IMG/VR virus record: IMGVR_UViG_3300031965_000083
Location: 1-39,011 of that record
DNA from: a virus
Lineage: Duplodnaviria > Caudoviricetes
Length of the DNA stretch: 39,011 nucleotides
Reading direction: 5' to 3' (one strand)
Of the stretch, positions 24,475 to 33,758 are shown one piece after another. The notes under the pieces are model-generated. The model was not told the DNA's origin and did no database searches. It worked only from the letters and a program-made list of their open reading frames with translations. The position numbers and the translations under genes were made by a program. How positions within the stretch are numbered: the first letter of the stretch is position 1; the number at the start of each line of letters is the position of its first letter.

Positions 24475-26540
24475 CGGTCGAGGTTGAACTCCCAGACGGG
24501 CAGATCGTAGAGGTCGATACCGACGATCCGGAGGTCGCCGCAGAGGCCGCGCGGAAATTCCTCGGGTCTCCAAAACCTCCGGGAATCACGTCTCAGCTTT
24601 TGACCAGCCTTGAGGCCACCGGGCGCGGGGCTCTCTCAACGGTCGGGCTCGGGGTTCCCGTCGATGTCGCGGCCCACGTCGCCAGCGAGAGAATCGGTCA
24701 GGGCGCCGCACTCGCCACGGGAAGAAAACCGGAGCCGGCCACTGACATAGATACTCTGGTCGCGCAGTCGCGTGAGCGAGGACAGTTCCTTCGTGAGAAT
24801 GTGCCACTGGCCTCCGGAGGCGGTATGCTGGCATCCGGTTTTATTCCCGGCGCGACGGTAGCCAGAGCGGGCCTTGCCTCCCGCGCCGCTGCCACAGGGG
24901 CTGCCGGCGGCGCGTCAGCGGGAGCCTTTAACATCTCGGAAGAGGGCGGCGAGGGGCTGGCCGGCGATGTGGCGACAGGAGCCTTGGTGAGCACCGGTCT
25001 CGGAGCGCTCGGTCCCCAGATCGCCAACACCGTCAGGAAATTCGGCGGGGCGGCTCTTCGGAGATTCTTTCCAGATCGGGCCGCCGCCCGCGTCGCCCTT
25101 GAGAGGGCTGGAATGCACCCGGACGAAATCGAGACTGCCGTTAAAGAATTTTCGGCCGGCGCCCAGAGAACGCCCGCCGCCGTCGAGGTAACCGGAGAAA
25201 CCGGCGGTGTGGAATTGTCTCGAATCAGCCGGCGCACGCCCGCCGCCAAGGACATCGTGACTCAGGCAGAAGATGCCGCATCTCTTGCCCGTCAGGAACA
25301 TCTGGCGGGGACCATTCCGCCGTCGGGTCGAAAGCCCATCTCCCCGGCCGGCCTCACGGCCAAGAAAGAAAAGGCGTTCGTCAAGACGTTCGCCCCGATC
25401 CGCAACAAAAAAATCGACGTGTCGTCCTTGACCGATGACGAGTTCGACAATCTGGTTAACACGGCCAAGACGGTGCGGTTCCGCGTCGCCGGAGCGCCCA
25501 ACGTCAACAATGCCATGCGGGCGGCGCAAAACCTCCGTCAAGCACAGTCGGGCGCGGCGGAGGCGGCCCAAGACCTCTCGCGGGCCTTCCGCTCGGGAGA
25601 CAGAAAGGCGGTGACCGCCGCCCAGCACGCGGTGGATAAGGCCGACATAAATCTCGCCCATGCGGACGCCCAGGTGAAGGACAACCCCCTCACCATGGAC
25701 GTGATCGACAAGGCCCGCCGGGCGCTAGGGAAGATCGCCACCACGCCCGGAAACCCCGAGGCGGTGTCCGCCGGGTCCCTGGCGGAGAAGGTGGAACAGG
25801 TCGGCTCTTCCAGATTCCCTCAATATCGCACGGCCCTGGAGAAGTTCGGGCGGCAATCCGAGTTCATCGAGGAGGCGTTCGGGGCAAAGGCCGCCACCGC
25901 AGAGGGCGCTATCGGAGGCGGCGGGCTGGCGGCGCGGGCCGTCTCCGGCTCTGACGATCCGAGGGCGCTGGCGGATGCCTATGCCGCCGCCTCCCGGTCA
26001 GGAAAGGCCGGGGCAAGGTCCGGCCAATACCAGCGGCTCATTCAGGCGGCGCTGAAATCTCCGGAGAACGCCGAGAATCTCACCAAGGCCATAGCGCGCA
26101 ATGCGGCGTTTCAGAAAAGCCTTCGGATCGTCTTGGGCGATGCCGAGGGCGAGAGAATCATCAATCTCTCCAAGCTGGAATTTAACGCATCTCGCGCCTT
26201 TCGGGCAGCGGCCAGCGGCGCCCGCCCAAGCGAGTCGGGGCAAATTTCCGAGAACATCGGGGCTCTCGCCAAGCTGGCGTGGGCGGGAAAGACCGGGGGC
26301 GCGGCATTGGCGCACTTTAGCGCCGACCTTGCTGACAAGGTCTTGATCCCCCCCAAAGCGGCTGAGATCATCGCACGCGACTTTACCGACCCGGATCGCG
26401 TGCATATCGCCATCGCCGCCATGCGGGCGCTTAAAAAGAGCGACGCTGAAATCCTGGACGCCCTGAATAGCGCCGCTGTTTCGTCCGGTATCATTACCGG
26501 GACAGCGACAGCCGCCGCCACTGCGGAGAATGAACAATGA
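24471..26540 (+). CDS. Large DNA ejection (internal virion) protein
   Basis: 689 aa, Ala/Gly-rich, starts VELPDGQIVEV; third gene of the ejection trio. Confidence 0.65.
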   Translation: MTVEVELPDGQIVEVDTDDPEVAAEAARKFLGSPKPPGITSQLLTSLEATGRGALSTVGLGVPVDVAAHVASERIGQGAALATGRKPEPATDIDTLVAQSRERGQFLRENVPLASGGGMLASGFIPGATVARAGLASRAAATGAAGGASAGAFNISEEGGEGLAGDVATGALVSTGLGALGPQIANTVRKFGGAALRRFFPDRAAARVALERAGMHPDEIETAVKEFSAGAQRTPAAVEVTGETGGVELSRISRRTPAAKDIVTQAEDAASLARQEHLAGTIPPSGRKPISPAGLTAKKEKAFVKTFAPIRNKKIDVSSLTDDEFDNLVNTAKTVRFRVAGAPNVNNAMRAAQNLRQAQSGAAEAAQDLSRAFRSGDRKAVTAAQHAVDKADINLAHADAQVKDNPLTMDVIDKARRALGKIATTPGNPEAVSAGSLAEKVEQVGSSRFPQYRTALEKFGRQSEFIEEAFGAKAATAEGAIGGGGLAARAVSGSDDPRALADAYAAASRSGKAGARSGQYQRLIQAALKSPENAENLTKAIARNAAFQKSLRIVLGDAEGERIINLSKLEFNASRAFRAAASGARPSESGQISENIGALAKLAWAGKTGGAALAHFSADLADKVLIPPKAAEIIARDFTDPDRVHIAIAAMRALKKSDAEILDALNSAAVSSGIITGTATAAATAENEQ

Positions 26541-27184
26541 CGATCTTCACCAATCCCATAGCGCTCGCGCTTGATACCGCCGGCAACCGAATCTCCGGGG
26601 CGAAGATGTATTCCCGCCTGTCGGGGACCACCACACCAACGAACACCTTCAGCGATTCGCTTCTGACCACGCCGCACACGAATCCGGTGGTCGCCGATTC
26701 TGCTGGAAAGTTCCCCATCGTATATCTCAACGCCTCGGTGAATTACCGATTCATCTTCACGGACGGCGTCGATCCCGGAAACGACCCGAATCTGGAAACC
26801 CAGATTTACCCCCTCGTGGACAACTACAAGATCGCGGCCCAGACCAGCTACGATTTCAACATCACGATGCCGGAGGCTATCGGCTCGAATCAGAAGGCTT
26901 TGGGGATCATCGTGGTCACGCCGTTCACCTTGTCCGACGAGTTCGCCGGATCGAACGCCCGGCTTGAAACCGCCCCGTCGGCTTCTACGGTATTCTCAAT
27001 CCAGAAAAACGGGGTCGAGGTCGGGACGGTCACGTTCGCATCCGCCTCGCAGGCTGGGGTGTTCACCACGGCGGCCGGATCGGTGGCGGCCGATCTCGGG
27101 GACTATTTCGACATCGTCGCGCCAGCCGCCATAAACGGTGCGACCGGGCTCAGGGTGACCTTCAAGGGCACGGTCAGCGTGTAG
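26537..27184 (+). CDS. Tailspike head-binding/adaptor protein
   Basis: GAKMYSRLSGTTTPTNTFSD...HTNPVVADSAGKFP, a head-binding-like N-terminus. Confidence 0.7.
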   Translation: MTIFTNPIALALDTAGNRISGAKMYSRLSGTTTPTNTFSDSLLTTPHTNPVVADSAGKFPIVYLNASVNYRFIFTDGVDPGNDPNLETQIYPLVDNYKIAAQTSYDFNITMPEAIGSNQKALGIIVVTPFTLSDEFAGSNARLETAPSASTVFSIQKNGVEVGTVTFASASQAGVFTTAAGSVAADLGDYFDIVAPAAINGATGLRVTFKGTVSV

Positions 27185-27186
27185 TC

Positions 27187-29019
27187 ATGGCGAAATTCGC
27201 GGGCAGCGTCGTCGTCCCCGGAAAGGTGTTCATATCCCGCTCCGACACCACTGGAGACTACCCACCATCGGCTAATAACCTGGTTATACGGGGCGAGGAC
27301 GGGATCGATTATTACTTGGGCGGCGCCGAAGCGGGCGGAATCAGAGGCGGAATAGAAATATTTCTGGCCTCCACCGGCCTCCTTCACAGACAAAAGCTGC
27401 CAAACACAGTAAGCTCCACAGGGGATGCGTCGGCCAGAAGCGACATGGATGCGGCCGGAATCATCCCTCCGGGCGGCTGGCTTAGCACAACTTTTGGCTC
27501 AGCCGGAAACGTCTGGGTAGCCATCCCGGAGACCCCGTATATCGTTTATTTCGCGGCTACGGCCGGAGGGGTGAGCGTTCACAGGGGTCTGGCCTACTAC
27601 AAGATCGATTCCGCCGGCAACCTCGTTCTGATGGGCGGTTATGCCGGCAAGACTGACGGACTCGATTCTCAATTTAGCCCTTTTGACGATTTTGCTTTCA
27701 GCGGAGTCGGTCATGTTATTGACGCTGTGGCCCAAGTCACGGCGCCCCTTTCGGGGATTTCCTTCCAGTATCCGGTCGCCGTAACGTATTTCGGAGAGGG
27801 AAAATCGACGATTCTGGTCATTCCGTCGATAAACGACATTCTCTCAAGGACCCCCATTGTCGAGAATCTCACCGATTTCTGGTCCCTCAAGGAGGTCCCC
27901 CTTGCCGGAATAGGCACTCTCGATAACAACATACACCTACTAGACGCGGTCGGGGGGGGGCAAACTAGTCCCAAAAGGCGCGGCCTCAATTTTTTCCTCC
28001 CCCGGTCCGGGCAAAACGGGTCGTGGTATTGCACCCAATTTACTCCCGCTGACATTGCCGAGCACATAGCGGGAACCGCCGCCCCCGTGTCCTCGTTTCT
28101 GACCTCCAACGCCCCGGCCAATCCAAACGGTCTCATTTCCGGGGCCGAAATAGACCTCTCCTTTAACGATGCCGAGGCGTTCGATTTTTCAAGGTCCGTG
28201 ACTGGGCCGGAGATTCAATGGCACCTTCGGCTCAAGGACGTGACGGGGTCTCCAGCCTATCCATTCCCGGATGTGGGGCTGAAATCCGACGGGTCCGCCG
28301 GCTCCAAGAATGAAAATTTCTATCTGGCCCCTTCAGTGTTTCCGTCCGACCCTGGCGATCCGTCTCAGCCGTGGCTTGTTTTCTTTCCAAAGATATACGG
28401 GCCAACCGCCGAGGTCGTGCCGGAGACAGAGAACGGTAAACTCTCCGTCAGGGTTTTTGAATGGAGCCCGGCGTCACAGATAGCAGAGGAGCTGGATTTC
28501 AAGACGGGGGAAATCTACAGAACGGGGGTGGATTATGTGCCCGAGTTCAACCGCAACGAGCACATAGTCTCGCTCAGCCTTAAATGGGACAGAACCAGCA
28601 AGAAACTGACCGCCCAAGCCCTCGTCCGCAATACGTTCGTGGGCGGTCTTCACACCATCATCGCGGAGTTCGGGTCCTTCGATCCTGTTGAGACGTGCGC
28701 GCCCCGTCTCCAGTTTCCGATTTCCAACGTCACGATTTTTCCGGGCGAGGATTTCGAGAAAGACTACTCTTTCCATTTCATCTCAGACACGGGAGTCAAG
28801 ATAACCTACTCCGCCGCCGGGCTTCCGGCCGGCCTGACCATGGCGGAGAATGGCGTAATTTCCGGGGAGATCACGGACCTCCTTCTTCAAGGCCAATCGT
28901 TTCCGGTAACCATAACCGCAACCAATGCGTGTGGTTTCCTCACGGCCGCGTTTACCATTCTTGTGGGTACCCTGATTCCTTTGGGGCCGTCTTTTAGCTC
29001 CATCAATGGGGTGGGTTGA
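27187..29019 (+). CDS. Receptor-binding/tailspike protein with a C-terminal Ig-like (He_PIG-type) domain
   Basis: 610 aa; TYSAAGLPAGLTM..NGVISG...VTITATN. Confidence 0.65.
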   Translation: MAKFAGSVVVPGKVFISRSDTTGDYPPSANNLVIRGEDGIDYYLGGAEAGGIRGGIEIFLASTGLLHRQKLPNTVSSTGDASARSDMDAAGIIPPGGWLSTTFGSAGNVWVAIPETPYIVYFAATAGGVSVHRGLAYYKIDSAGNLVLMGGYAGKTDGLDSQFSPFDDFAFSGVGHVIDAVAQVTAPLSGISFQYPVAVTYFGEGKSTILVIPSINDILSRTPIVENLTDFWSLKEVPLAGIGTLDNNIHLLDAVGGGQTSPKRRGLNFFLPRSGQNGSWYCTQFTPADIAEHIAGTAAPVSSFLTSNAPANPNGLISGAEIDLSFNDAEAFDFSRSVTGPEIQWHLRLKDVTGSPAYPFPDVGLKSDGSAGSKNENFYLAPSVFPSDPGDPSQPWLVFFPKIYGPTAEVVPETENGKLSVRVFEWSPASQIAEELDFKTGEIYRTGVDYVPEFNRNEHIVSLSLKWDRTSKKLTAQALVRNTFVGGLHTIIAEFGSFDPVETCAPRLQFPISNVTIFPGEDFEKDYSFHFISDTGVKITYSAAGLPAGLTMAENGVISGEITDLLLQGQSFPVTITATNACGFLTAAFTILVGTLIPLGPSFSSINGVG

Positions 29020-29075
29020 CATTGACCCGGAGGACCCATGGGGATAGTTTCAGAATCGCAACGAAAGGCGCCGCC

Positions 29076-29345
29076 ATGTCCGAAAAATGGGATTGGTCAG
29101 ACATAGATGACGGCGATGAGGCATACGACGAAGAGGATTCGGCGGAGGAATCCTTTCAGTTCAAGTGGATTCCCGAGGATAACGATCAGGCTCTCCGGTG
29201 GCTATGCCTGACGGAAGCTCTCTATGCCCGCTCCAATGCTGACGATTCGCGTCAGGTCATCCGGGCTGCGCTCGATTATTTCCGGTGGACCAAGGACGGA
29301 ACCGTCTTTCCCGACGCCGAGATTGCAAGGCTCCCACAGAAATGA
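29076..29345 (+). CDS. Acidic hypothetical protein, possibly with its own promoter
   Basis: DWSDIDDGDEAYDEEDSAEE; TTGACC-17-TAGTTT at 29022-29050. Confidence 0.55.
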   Translation: MSEKWDWSDIDDGDEAYDEEDSAEESFQFKWIPEDNDQALRWLCLTEALYARSNADDSRQVIRAALDYFRWTKDGTVFPDAEIARLPQK

Positions 29346-29731
29346 AGCTGGAAGCCATAATCGCCGCCACGTCGTCCACCGTCGCCCCCCTTCTGTCTCA
29401 TGCCGTGACCGGGAGCTTTGACATCGGCATCGCTGCGGCCTGCGTGATCGGATCGGCGGTCTCGGCGGGCATCAGGCTCAAGCTCCGCAATATCGAGGGT
29501 CCCGGCGGCGTCGTGATGGCCTTTGTGCTCGGGTCCATCTCCGCATGGTGGCTATGGCCGCTCCTCAATCTCCCTCTGGGGGGCTCTCCCGAGACCTCCG
29601 GATCGGCGGCGTTTCTGGCCGGACTCACGTCCGCCATGACTGTCGAGTGGTTTATAGACTATATGGTGCGGGAGAAACCTCTCAAGAAGATCATCGAGAA
29701 GATAATCGGAAAGATCGGCCCTCCTGTTTAG
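29342..29731 (+). CDS. Putative holin (multi-TM membrane protein)
   Basis: About three hydrophobic segments and a basic C-terminus; ATGA coupling. Confidence 0.55.
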   Translation: MKLEAIIAATSSTVAPLLSHAVTGSFDIGIAAACVIGSAVSAGIRLKLRNIEGPGGVVMAFVLGSISAWWLWPLLNLPLGGSPETSGSAAFLAGLTSAMTVEWFIDYMVREKPLKKIIEKIIGKIGPPV

Positions 29732-29933
29732 AGCTCCGGCCGCCTCCGTTTTTTCTTTCTTTGGATCGGAGCTTCGGGGCATGGACCCCGTTTGCTGCTG
29801 TGCTCCCATCGACTGCCACGGTGACACCGTGCTCCAGCTCGCAAACCGGGCTTAAGGGCTCATTGAGTATCCCTTAAGGGCCATTAGGGCCTCTTAATGA
29901 TACCTTTGTGACGCATAAGGGTTTCCTTATACG

Positions 29934-29988
29934 TGTTACTTTTGTAGCATACCCTACCCGGCGACTCGGGTATGCTACAAATGTAACA
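29934..29988. repeat. 21-bp inverted repeat (20/21 match) with a 13-nt spacer
   Basis: TGTTACTTTTGTAGCATACCC-tacccggcgactc-GGGTATGCTACAAATGTAACA. Confidence 0.9.
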
Positions 29989-30320
29989 TCGCCCGCCGAA
30001 ACCCGCCTCCCGCTTATCCTCCTCCCGCTTTTGGTGCGGTTGGCTCCCCGACGGGAGGGTGCGTCAAAATGTCGCACACAGGACGAAGTTTCTCACACCG
30101 CTCTAGACCAAGGGATCGATCTTTTTTTCGGAGGTCGCCTCTCCGCTCCACCCTGTAGATGCCGGGCCGGCTAGGAGGTATCTGTAGTCCCTAAGTCTGA
30201 CGCCCCCTCTTCGAAGCAAGGCGTCTCGGCCGGGAGTCCGCCTCTCATCACTGATTGGCGGCGAGGAACCGGGCGGTCACATTAGGGTTTCGGCGTCTTC
30301 CTGCCAGCGAAAATAATCGC

Positions 30321-30349
30321 TTGACATGCCTTCTGGAACCCTATAAACA
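30321..30349 (+). promoter_or_regulatory. Sigma70-like promoter
   Basis: TTGACA followed by TATAAA (15-nt spacer) or TAAACA (17-nt spacer). Confidence 0.6.
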
Positions 30350-30354
30350 GTGAG

Positions 30355-30435
30355 GAACAATTCGACTCGACGGCGCGTCACTACGCCTCTTTTAAGCTCC
30401 CCGGGATGTTCCTACAACCGGGGAGCTTTCTTTTT
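30355..30435 (+). ncRNA. Candidate ~80-nt small RNA
   Basis: Promoter immediately upstream, strong terminator at its end, no ORF with an RBS in between. Confidence 0.5.
30394..30435 (+). terminator. Rho-independent terminator
   Basis: AAGCTCCCCGG/CCGGGGAGCTT 11-bp stem followed by TCTTTTT. Confidence 0.8.
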
Positions 30436-30512
30436 CGCACGTATGGCCGTCCGTGTAAACCCCCTTGTTCTCCATACGTTCCGGAGGTACTATTCCTTGA
30501 AAGGAACGCCCC

Positions 30513-30713
30513 ATGGAATACGTCATCGGAATCATCTTTATGATGCTGGCGGACGGAACGTCCGGCCACACGACCGCCAACTTTCCGGACGTAGCGACAT
30601 GCGAGGGGGCGTCCAAAGCCTTCGTGGACGCCATGAAGCTTGAGGCTCCTCCGGCAACGGAGTTCCGCTGGGAGTGTGTCGAAACGGAGAAAATGGGGCG
30701 GTCGTTAAGCTGA
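30513..30713 (+). CDS. Small secreted or membrane hypothetical protein
   Basis: AAAGGA RBS; hydrophobic N-terminus; FPDVATC...WEC. Confidence 0.6.
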   Translation: MEYVIGIIFMMLADGTSGHTTANFPDVATCEGASKAFVDAMKLEAPPATEFRWECVETEKMGRSLS

Positions 30714-31060
30714 TGCTCGGGATTCTCGCCTCCGTGTTCTCGGTCCTGAAAACGATTCCCGCCAAGGTGCTCGGGAAGATCGGTCTCGCCGCGTTCGTTC
30801 TCTTCCTCATGTACAATTGGGGGAAATCCGATTGTCAGGCCACATACGAGAGAAGCGCCTCCAAGGCCAACAGGGAGCGCGCCGAGTCCGAGCTTCTGGC
30901 CATGCACGACGCCTATGAGAGCGGTCTCATGGCCGCAAGGAAAGAGGCTGAGAACAAGGATCGGGTGGCCGAGATAACCAGAAACGCCGGGATGGAGGCA
31001 GGAGCAGATGACGTATGCCTTTCTGAAGAAACTCTCGACCGGATCAGGGCGCTCCAATAA
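30713..31060 (+). CDS. Putative inner-membrane spanin (Rz-like)
   Basis: N-terminal TM segment, periplasmic helical region, C-terminal Cys (DVCLSEE); TGATG coupling. Confidence 0.55.
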   Translation: MLGILASVFSVLKTIPAKVLGKIGLAAFVLFLMYNWGKSDCQATYERSASKANRERAESELLAMHDAYESGLMAARKEAENKDRVAEITRNAGMEAGADDVCLSEETLDRIRALQ

Positions 31061-31409
31061 GTACGGGAACCGGAAGGTAGAGTATGACGGCCTGTGGTTC
31101 GATAGCGGGGCCGAGAGAGACAGGTATATCGCTCTGCTGGCCCTCCAGAACACGGGGCAGATAAGCTGCCTCAGAACTCAGGTGAGAATCCCCCTCAGCG
31201 TCAATGAGGTGAAGGTGTGCTCTTATGTCGCGGACTTCACCTATTATTCAATGGGCTTGGAAAGGGTCGTGATGGAGGACTACAAGGGATTCAGAACGCC
31301 CGTGTTCAACCTCAAGGCCCGGCTCTTCAAGGCTATCACAGGGGAGGATATAATCCTTCAGGACGGCCTGCCAGCCACCAAGAGGCGTTTGAGAAAGAAG
31401 AAACGATGA
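31008..31409 (+). CDS. DUF1064-family PD-(D/E)xK nuclease-like protein
   Basis: NKYGNRKVEYDGLWFDS.AE..RY, YVADFTY and EDYKG.RT.VF.LK. Confidence 0.85.
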   Translation: MTYAFLKKLSTGSGRSNKYGNRKVEYDGLWFDSGAERDRYIALLALQNTGQISCLRTQVRIPLSVNEVKVCSYVADFTYYSMGLERVVMEDYKGFRTPVFNLKARLFKAITGEDIILQDGLPATKRRLRKKKR

Positions 31410-31678
31410 CCCGCGCCATTATGGTATGCGCCGCTCTGATAGCGTCTGGGTGCGCCCACACGGTCTACCGGGCGACCCCCCTTCCCGATCTCCCCTCTCC
31501 TCTGCGTGAGTGCGCCGCTCGGGAGGGAATAGGGATTCCAAATGGGCCTCTCTCCAACTCCCAAACCGCCGCCCTTGTGGCCGCTCTACGCCTGAGCGAA
31601 CTATCCGGCCTTAGCTGCGCCGAGCGTATAGTAGCGTGGTATGATCGGCTGACAGGCGCCAATGGCGGGGACGATTAG
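31406..31678 (+). CDS. Putative outer-membrane spanin lipoprotein (Rz1-like)
   Basis: Signal MTRAIMVCAALIASG-C lipobox followed by Pro-rich TPLPDLPSPL; ATGA coupling. Confidence 0.6.
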   Translation: MTRAIMVCAALIASGCAHTVYRATPLPDLPSPLRECAAREGIGIPNGPLSNSQTAALVAALRLSELSGLSCAERIVAWYDRLTGANGGDD

Positions 31679-31913
31679 GGTGGTTGACCGGTTGCCACTT
31701 GTCGAAGGCTCGCCCGAACGCCGTCTTCTCTGATTTGGGAACCGGGACAGGGATCACCAGCCCGGAAATCCTGAGATAGGTAAGATCGCGGTATAGGGCC
31801 TTCCTGTTCGTTCCGATCTCCTCCATGAGGGCGCTGAAGCTGAAACCGGAAGGGTTGTCGAGAAGGGCGGCGAGGATTCTCTCATGCCGTCTCTTTATTG
31901 TACGCGAGACCAT
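31611..31913 (-). CDS. HTH DNA-binding protein
   Basis: SFSALMEEIGTNRKALYRDLTYL, a winged-HTH pattern. Confidence 0.6.
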   Translation of the reverse strand: MVSRTIKRRHERILAALLDNPSGFSFSALMEEIGTNRKALYRDLTYLRISGLVIPVPVPKSEKTAFGRAFDKWQPVNHPNRPRHWRLSADHTTLLYARRS

Positions 31914-31917
31914 TTCT

Positions 31918-32202
31918 TCACTGCTGTTTTTTTCGGGTCACGGAGACCGTCTCAAGGGCGACGCGAACGCGAACTGGTTTTGGCATAAGCCACCCGTGGG
32001 GATATTCTCGCAAGTCCCTTCTCCAGGAGATGTAGCCATATCTCTCACGAATAAACAGGATGCATTCTGCTCTGGTGTTAAAGAGCTTGGGAGAAATGCC
32101 GTCGCCATGCCCCCACTGAATGTGCTCGTAAGCCCCATAGATAGACTTATCGGATGCTCTCCATAGAACTGCCCAGCGCCTGACCTGCGACCATTCTATC
32201 AT
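31918..32202 (-). CDS. Hypothetical protein
   Basis: ATGA coupling with the helicase stop; AAGGAG RBS. Confidence 0.65.
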   Translation of the reverse strand: MIEWSQVRRWAVLWRASDKSIYGAYEHIQWGHGDGISPKLFNTRAECILFIRERYGYISWRRDLREYPHGWLMPKPVRVRVALETVSVTRKKQQ

Positions 32203-33758
32203 ATAGTCTCCTTCGCCTGTCTGGAGTCTGGATCGTTGCCGTTATCACGCCTTTTGCTCTTTGCGTAGCGAATCATCCGGCCCTGAACCCACGCCGACAC
32301 ATGAGGACTCGGGGCTCTATGGCCCGCCGGAATAGGGGCGCCCCATGACCTATCCGGCCAGTCTCCGAATTTCTCCCGGTAGTTGGCGTTCGCCCACTTG
32401 GTGGAATAGCCTCTCTGACTTTGAATCGCCAGAAGAGACCAATACCATTCCTGTTTTTCCTTCTTCGGCATGGCGCGGCTCTTCATCTGCGCCTTCGAGA
32501 TGCGCACCCCTCCGGCGCCGATCTCGCGCATGGCGCCGTCGCGCTCTACAACATCCGACTGTCTCACCGGGCGAGAGTTCTTGTGTCCGCAGGCGGGGCA
32601 ATCGTAGACGCCGGCCGGCATGTAGGAATGACAGTTCGCGCACTCACGCGCCTTCGGGAGCTTCTTAATCGCCTTCTTTCTCTCCTCGGAGGAGCGCTGG
32701 CTGCCGTCATGCAGGCGGTCGAACTTTACGTCATAGGGATGACCGAGCTTTATGTTTCCGGCCACATCGATGACGACGCAATCGGTTTTGCCGGGATGAT
32801 TCCGCAGGCCCCTCCCGATGGCCTGAATGTGGAGCATATGGCTTTTCGTCGGCCGCGCCATGAGAATGCATGCAACGAAAGTCCAGTCCATCCCGACAAT
32901 GAGACAGCCGACCGAAACGACAACCTTTATTTGACCCCTGGCGAGCTGGCGCCCAATCCTGATTCGTTCTTCGACCGGAGTCTCTCCGTCTATGTACCCG
33001 CACGGAAGACCGACATCGGTAAACTGCTTCTCCATGGCCCGCGCGTGGGCGCGATCTACGCAAAACGCTATCGTGGGGCGGTTTTCTCCATGCTCGAACC
33101 AGTTTTCGACCGCCTTGGCGAGCAAGACCTTTCCCCGCATCCGATCCGAAAGCTGCGCCTCGTTATAATCTCCGGCGGTTATCTTTATGCCGGAGAGGTC
33201 CGGCTCGCACGGCTCAAGGTATCTGATAGGAGCAAGGTGCCCCTCCTCGGTAAGACGCGCGATGGTGGCTACCACGATAAGATCGTCCCATCGCCCGGTC
33301 TTGCCCATGCCGCGTTTCCATGGGGTCGCAGAGAGGCCGATGAACGGCGTCTTCTCCCACTCTGGGGCGGCCATCCATCGATAGACTGAATCGAACCCAA
33401 GATGCGCCTCGTCTACAATTACCAGACCGGCATCCGGGATCGTTCGCCGGGCCAATGTCTGGACACTCGCTATCTGCACAGGCTTGGAAAAATCCGTCAT
33501 CGGGTGGTTCTGCTGGATCACTCCCATGTCGGTGATCCCCGCATGGTAGAACCGCTCGACCGTCTGATCTATGAGAGATAGCGCCGGCGCCGTGAAGATC
33601 ACGCGCCTCCCCTTGCCAAGGGCCATCTTGATGATCTCTGCGGCGATTACCGTCTTCCCGGACCCGGTCGCAAGCTGAAGAACTGGGCGGGAATGCCCGG
33701 ACGCCAGGGATTCCCTGAGCCTCTCGATGGCGTCTCTCTGATAGCCTCGGAGGATCAT
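32199..33758 (-). CDS. SF2 DEAH helicase (YejH/RadD-like) with a C-terminal zinc ribbon
   Basis: Start MILRGYQ; ATGSGKT, VDEAH, LSATP, QAIGRGLR and CANC...CPAC. Confidence 0.9.
   Translation of the reverse strand: MILRGYQRDAIERLRESLASGHSRPVLQLATGSGKTVIAAEIIKMALGKGRRVIFTAPALSLIDQTVERFYHAGITDMGVIQQNHPMTDFSKPVQIASVQTLARRTIPDAGLVIVDEAHLGFDSVYRWMAAPEWEKTPFIGLSATPWKRGMGKTGRWDDLIVVATIARLTEEGHLAPIRYLEPCEPDLSGIKITAGDYNEAQLSDRMRGKVLLAKAVENWFEHGENRPTIAFCVDRAHARAMEKQFTDVGLPCGYIDGETPVEERIRIGRQLARGQIKVVVSVGCLIVGMDWTFVACILMARPTKSHMLHIQAIGRGLRNHPGKTDCVVIDVAGNIKLGHPYDVKFDRLHDGSQRSSEERKKAIKKLPKARECANCHSYMPAGVYDCPACGHKNSRPVRQSDVVERDGAMREIGAGGVRISKAQMKSRAMPKKEKQEWYWSLLAIQSQRGYSTKWANANYREKFGDWPDRSWGAPIPAGHRAPSPHVSAWVQGRMIRYAKSKRRDNGNDPDSRQAKETI

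Noticed and set aside
12132-27184. Genome-wide TAG reassignment (alternative genetic code)
   Set aside because: The capsid, gp10-like and other genes end at TAG at natural family ends, several downstream genes are out of frame and have their own RBS, and there is no suppressor tRNA.
29874-30174. ORFs 29874-30077 (-) and 29908-30174 (+) as a replication protein
   Set aside because: They have no RBS or motif, and both translate the same inverted repeat (VTFVAYP...GYAT.VT), which indicates DNA symmetry rather than coding.
30240-30295. Hammerhead-like ribozyme on the minus strand (TGATGAG near GAAAC)
   Set aside because: The core reads GTGATGA rather than CTGATGA, and I could not build the three required stems.
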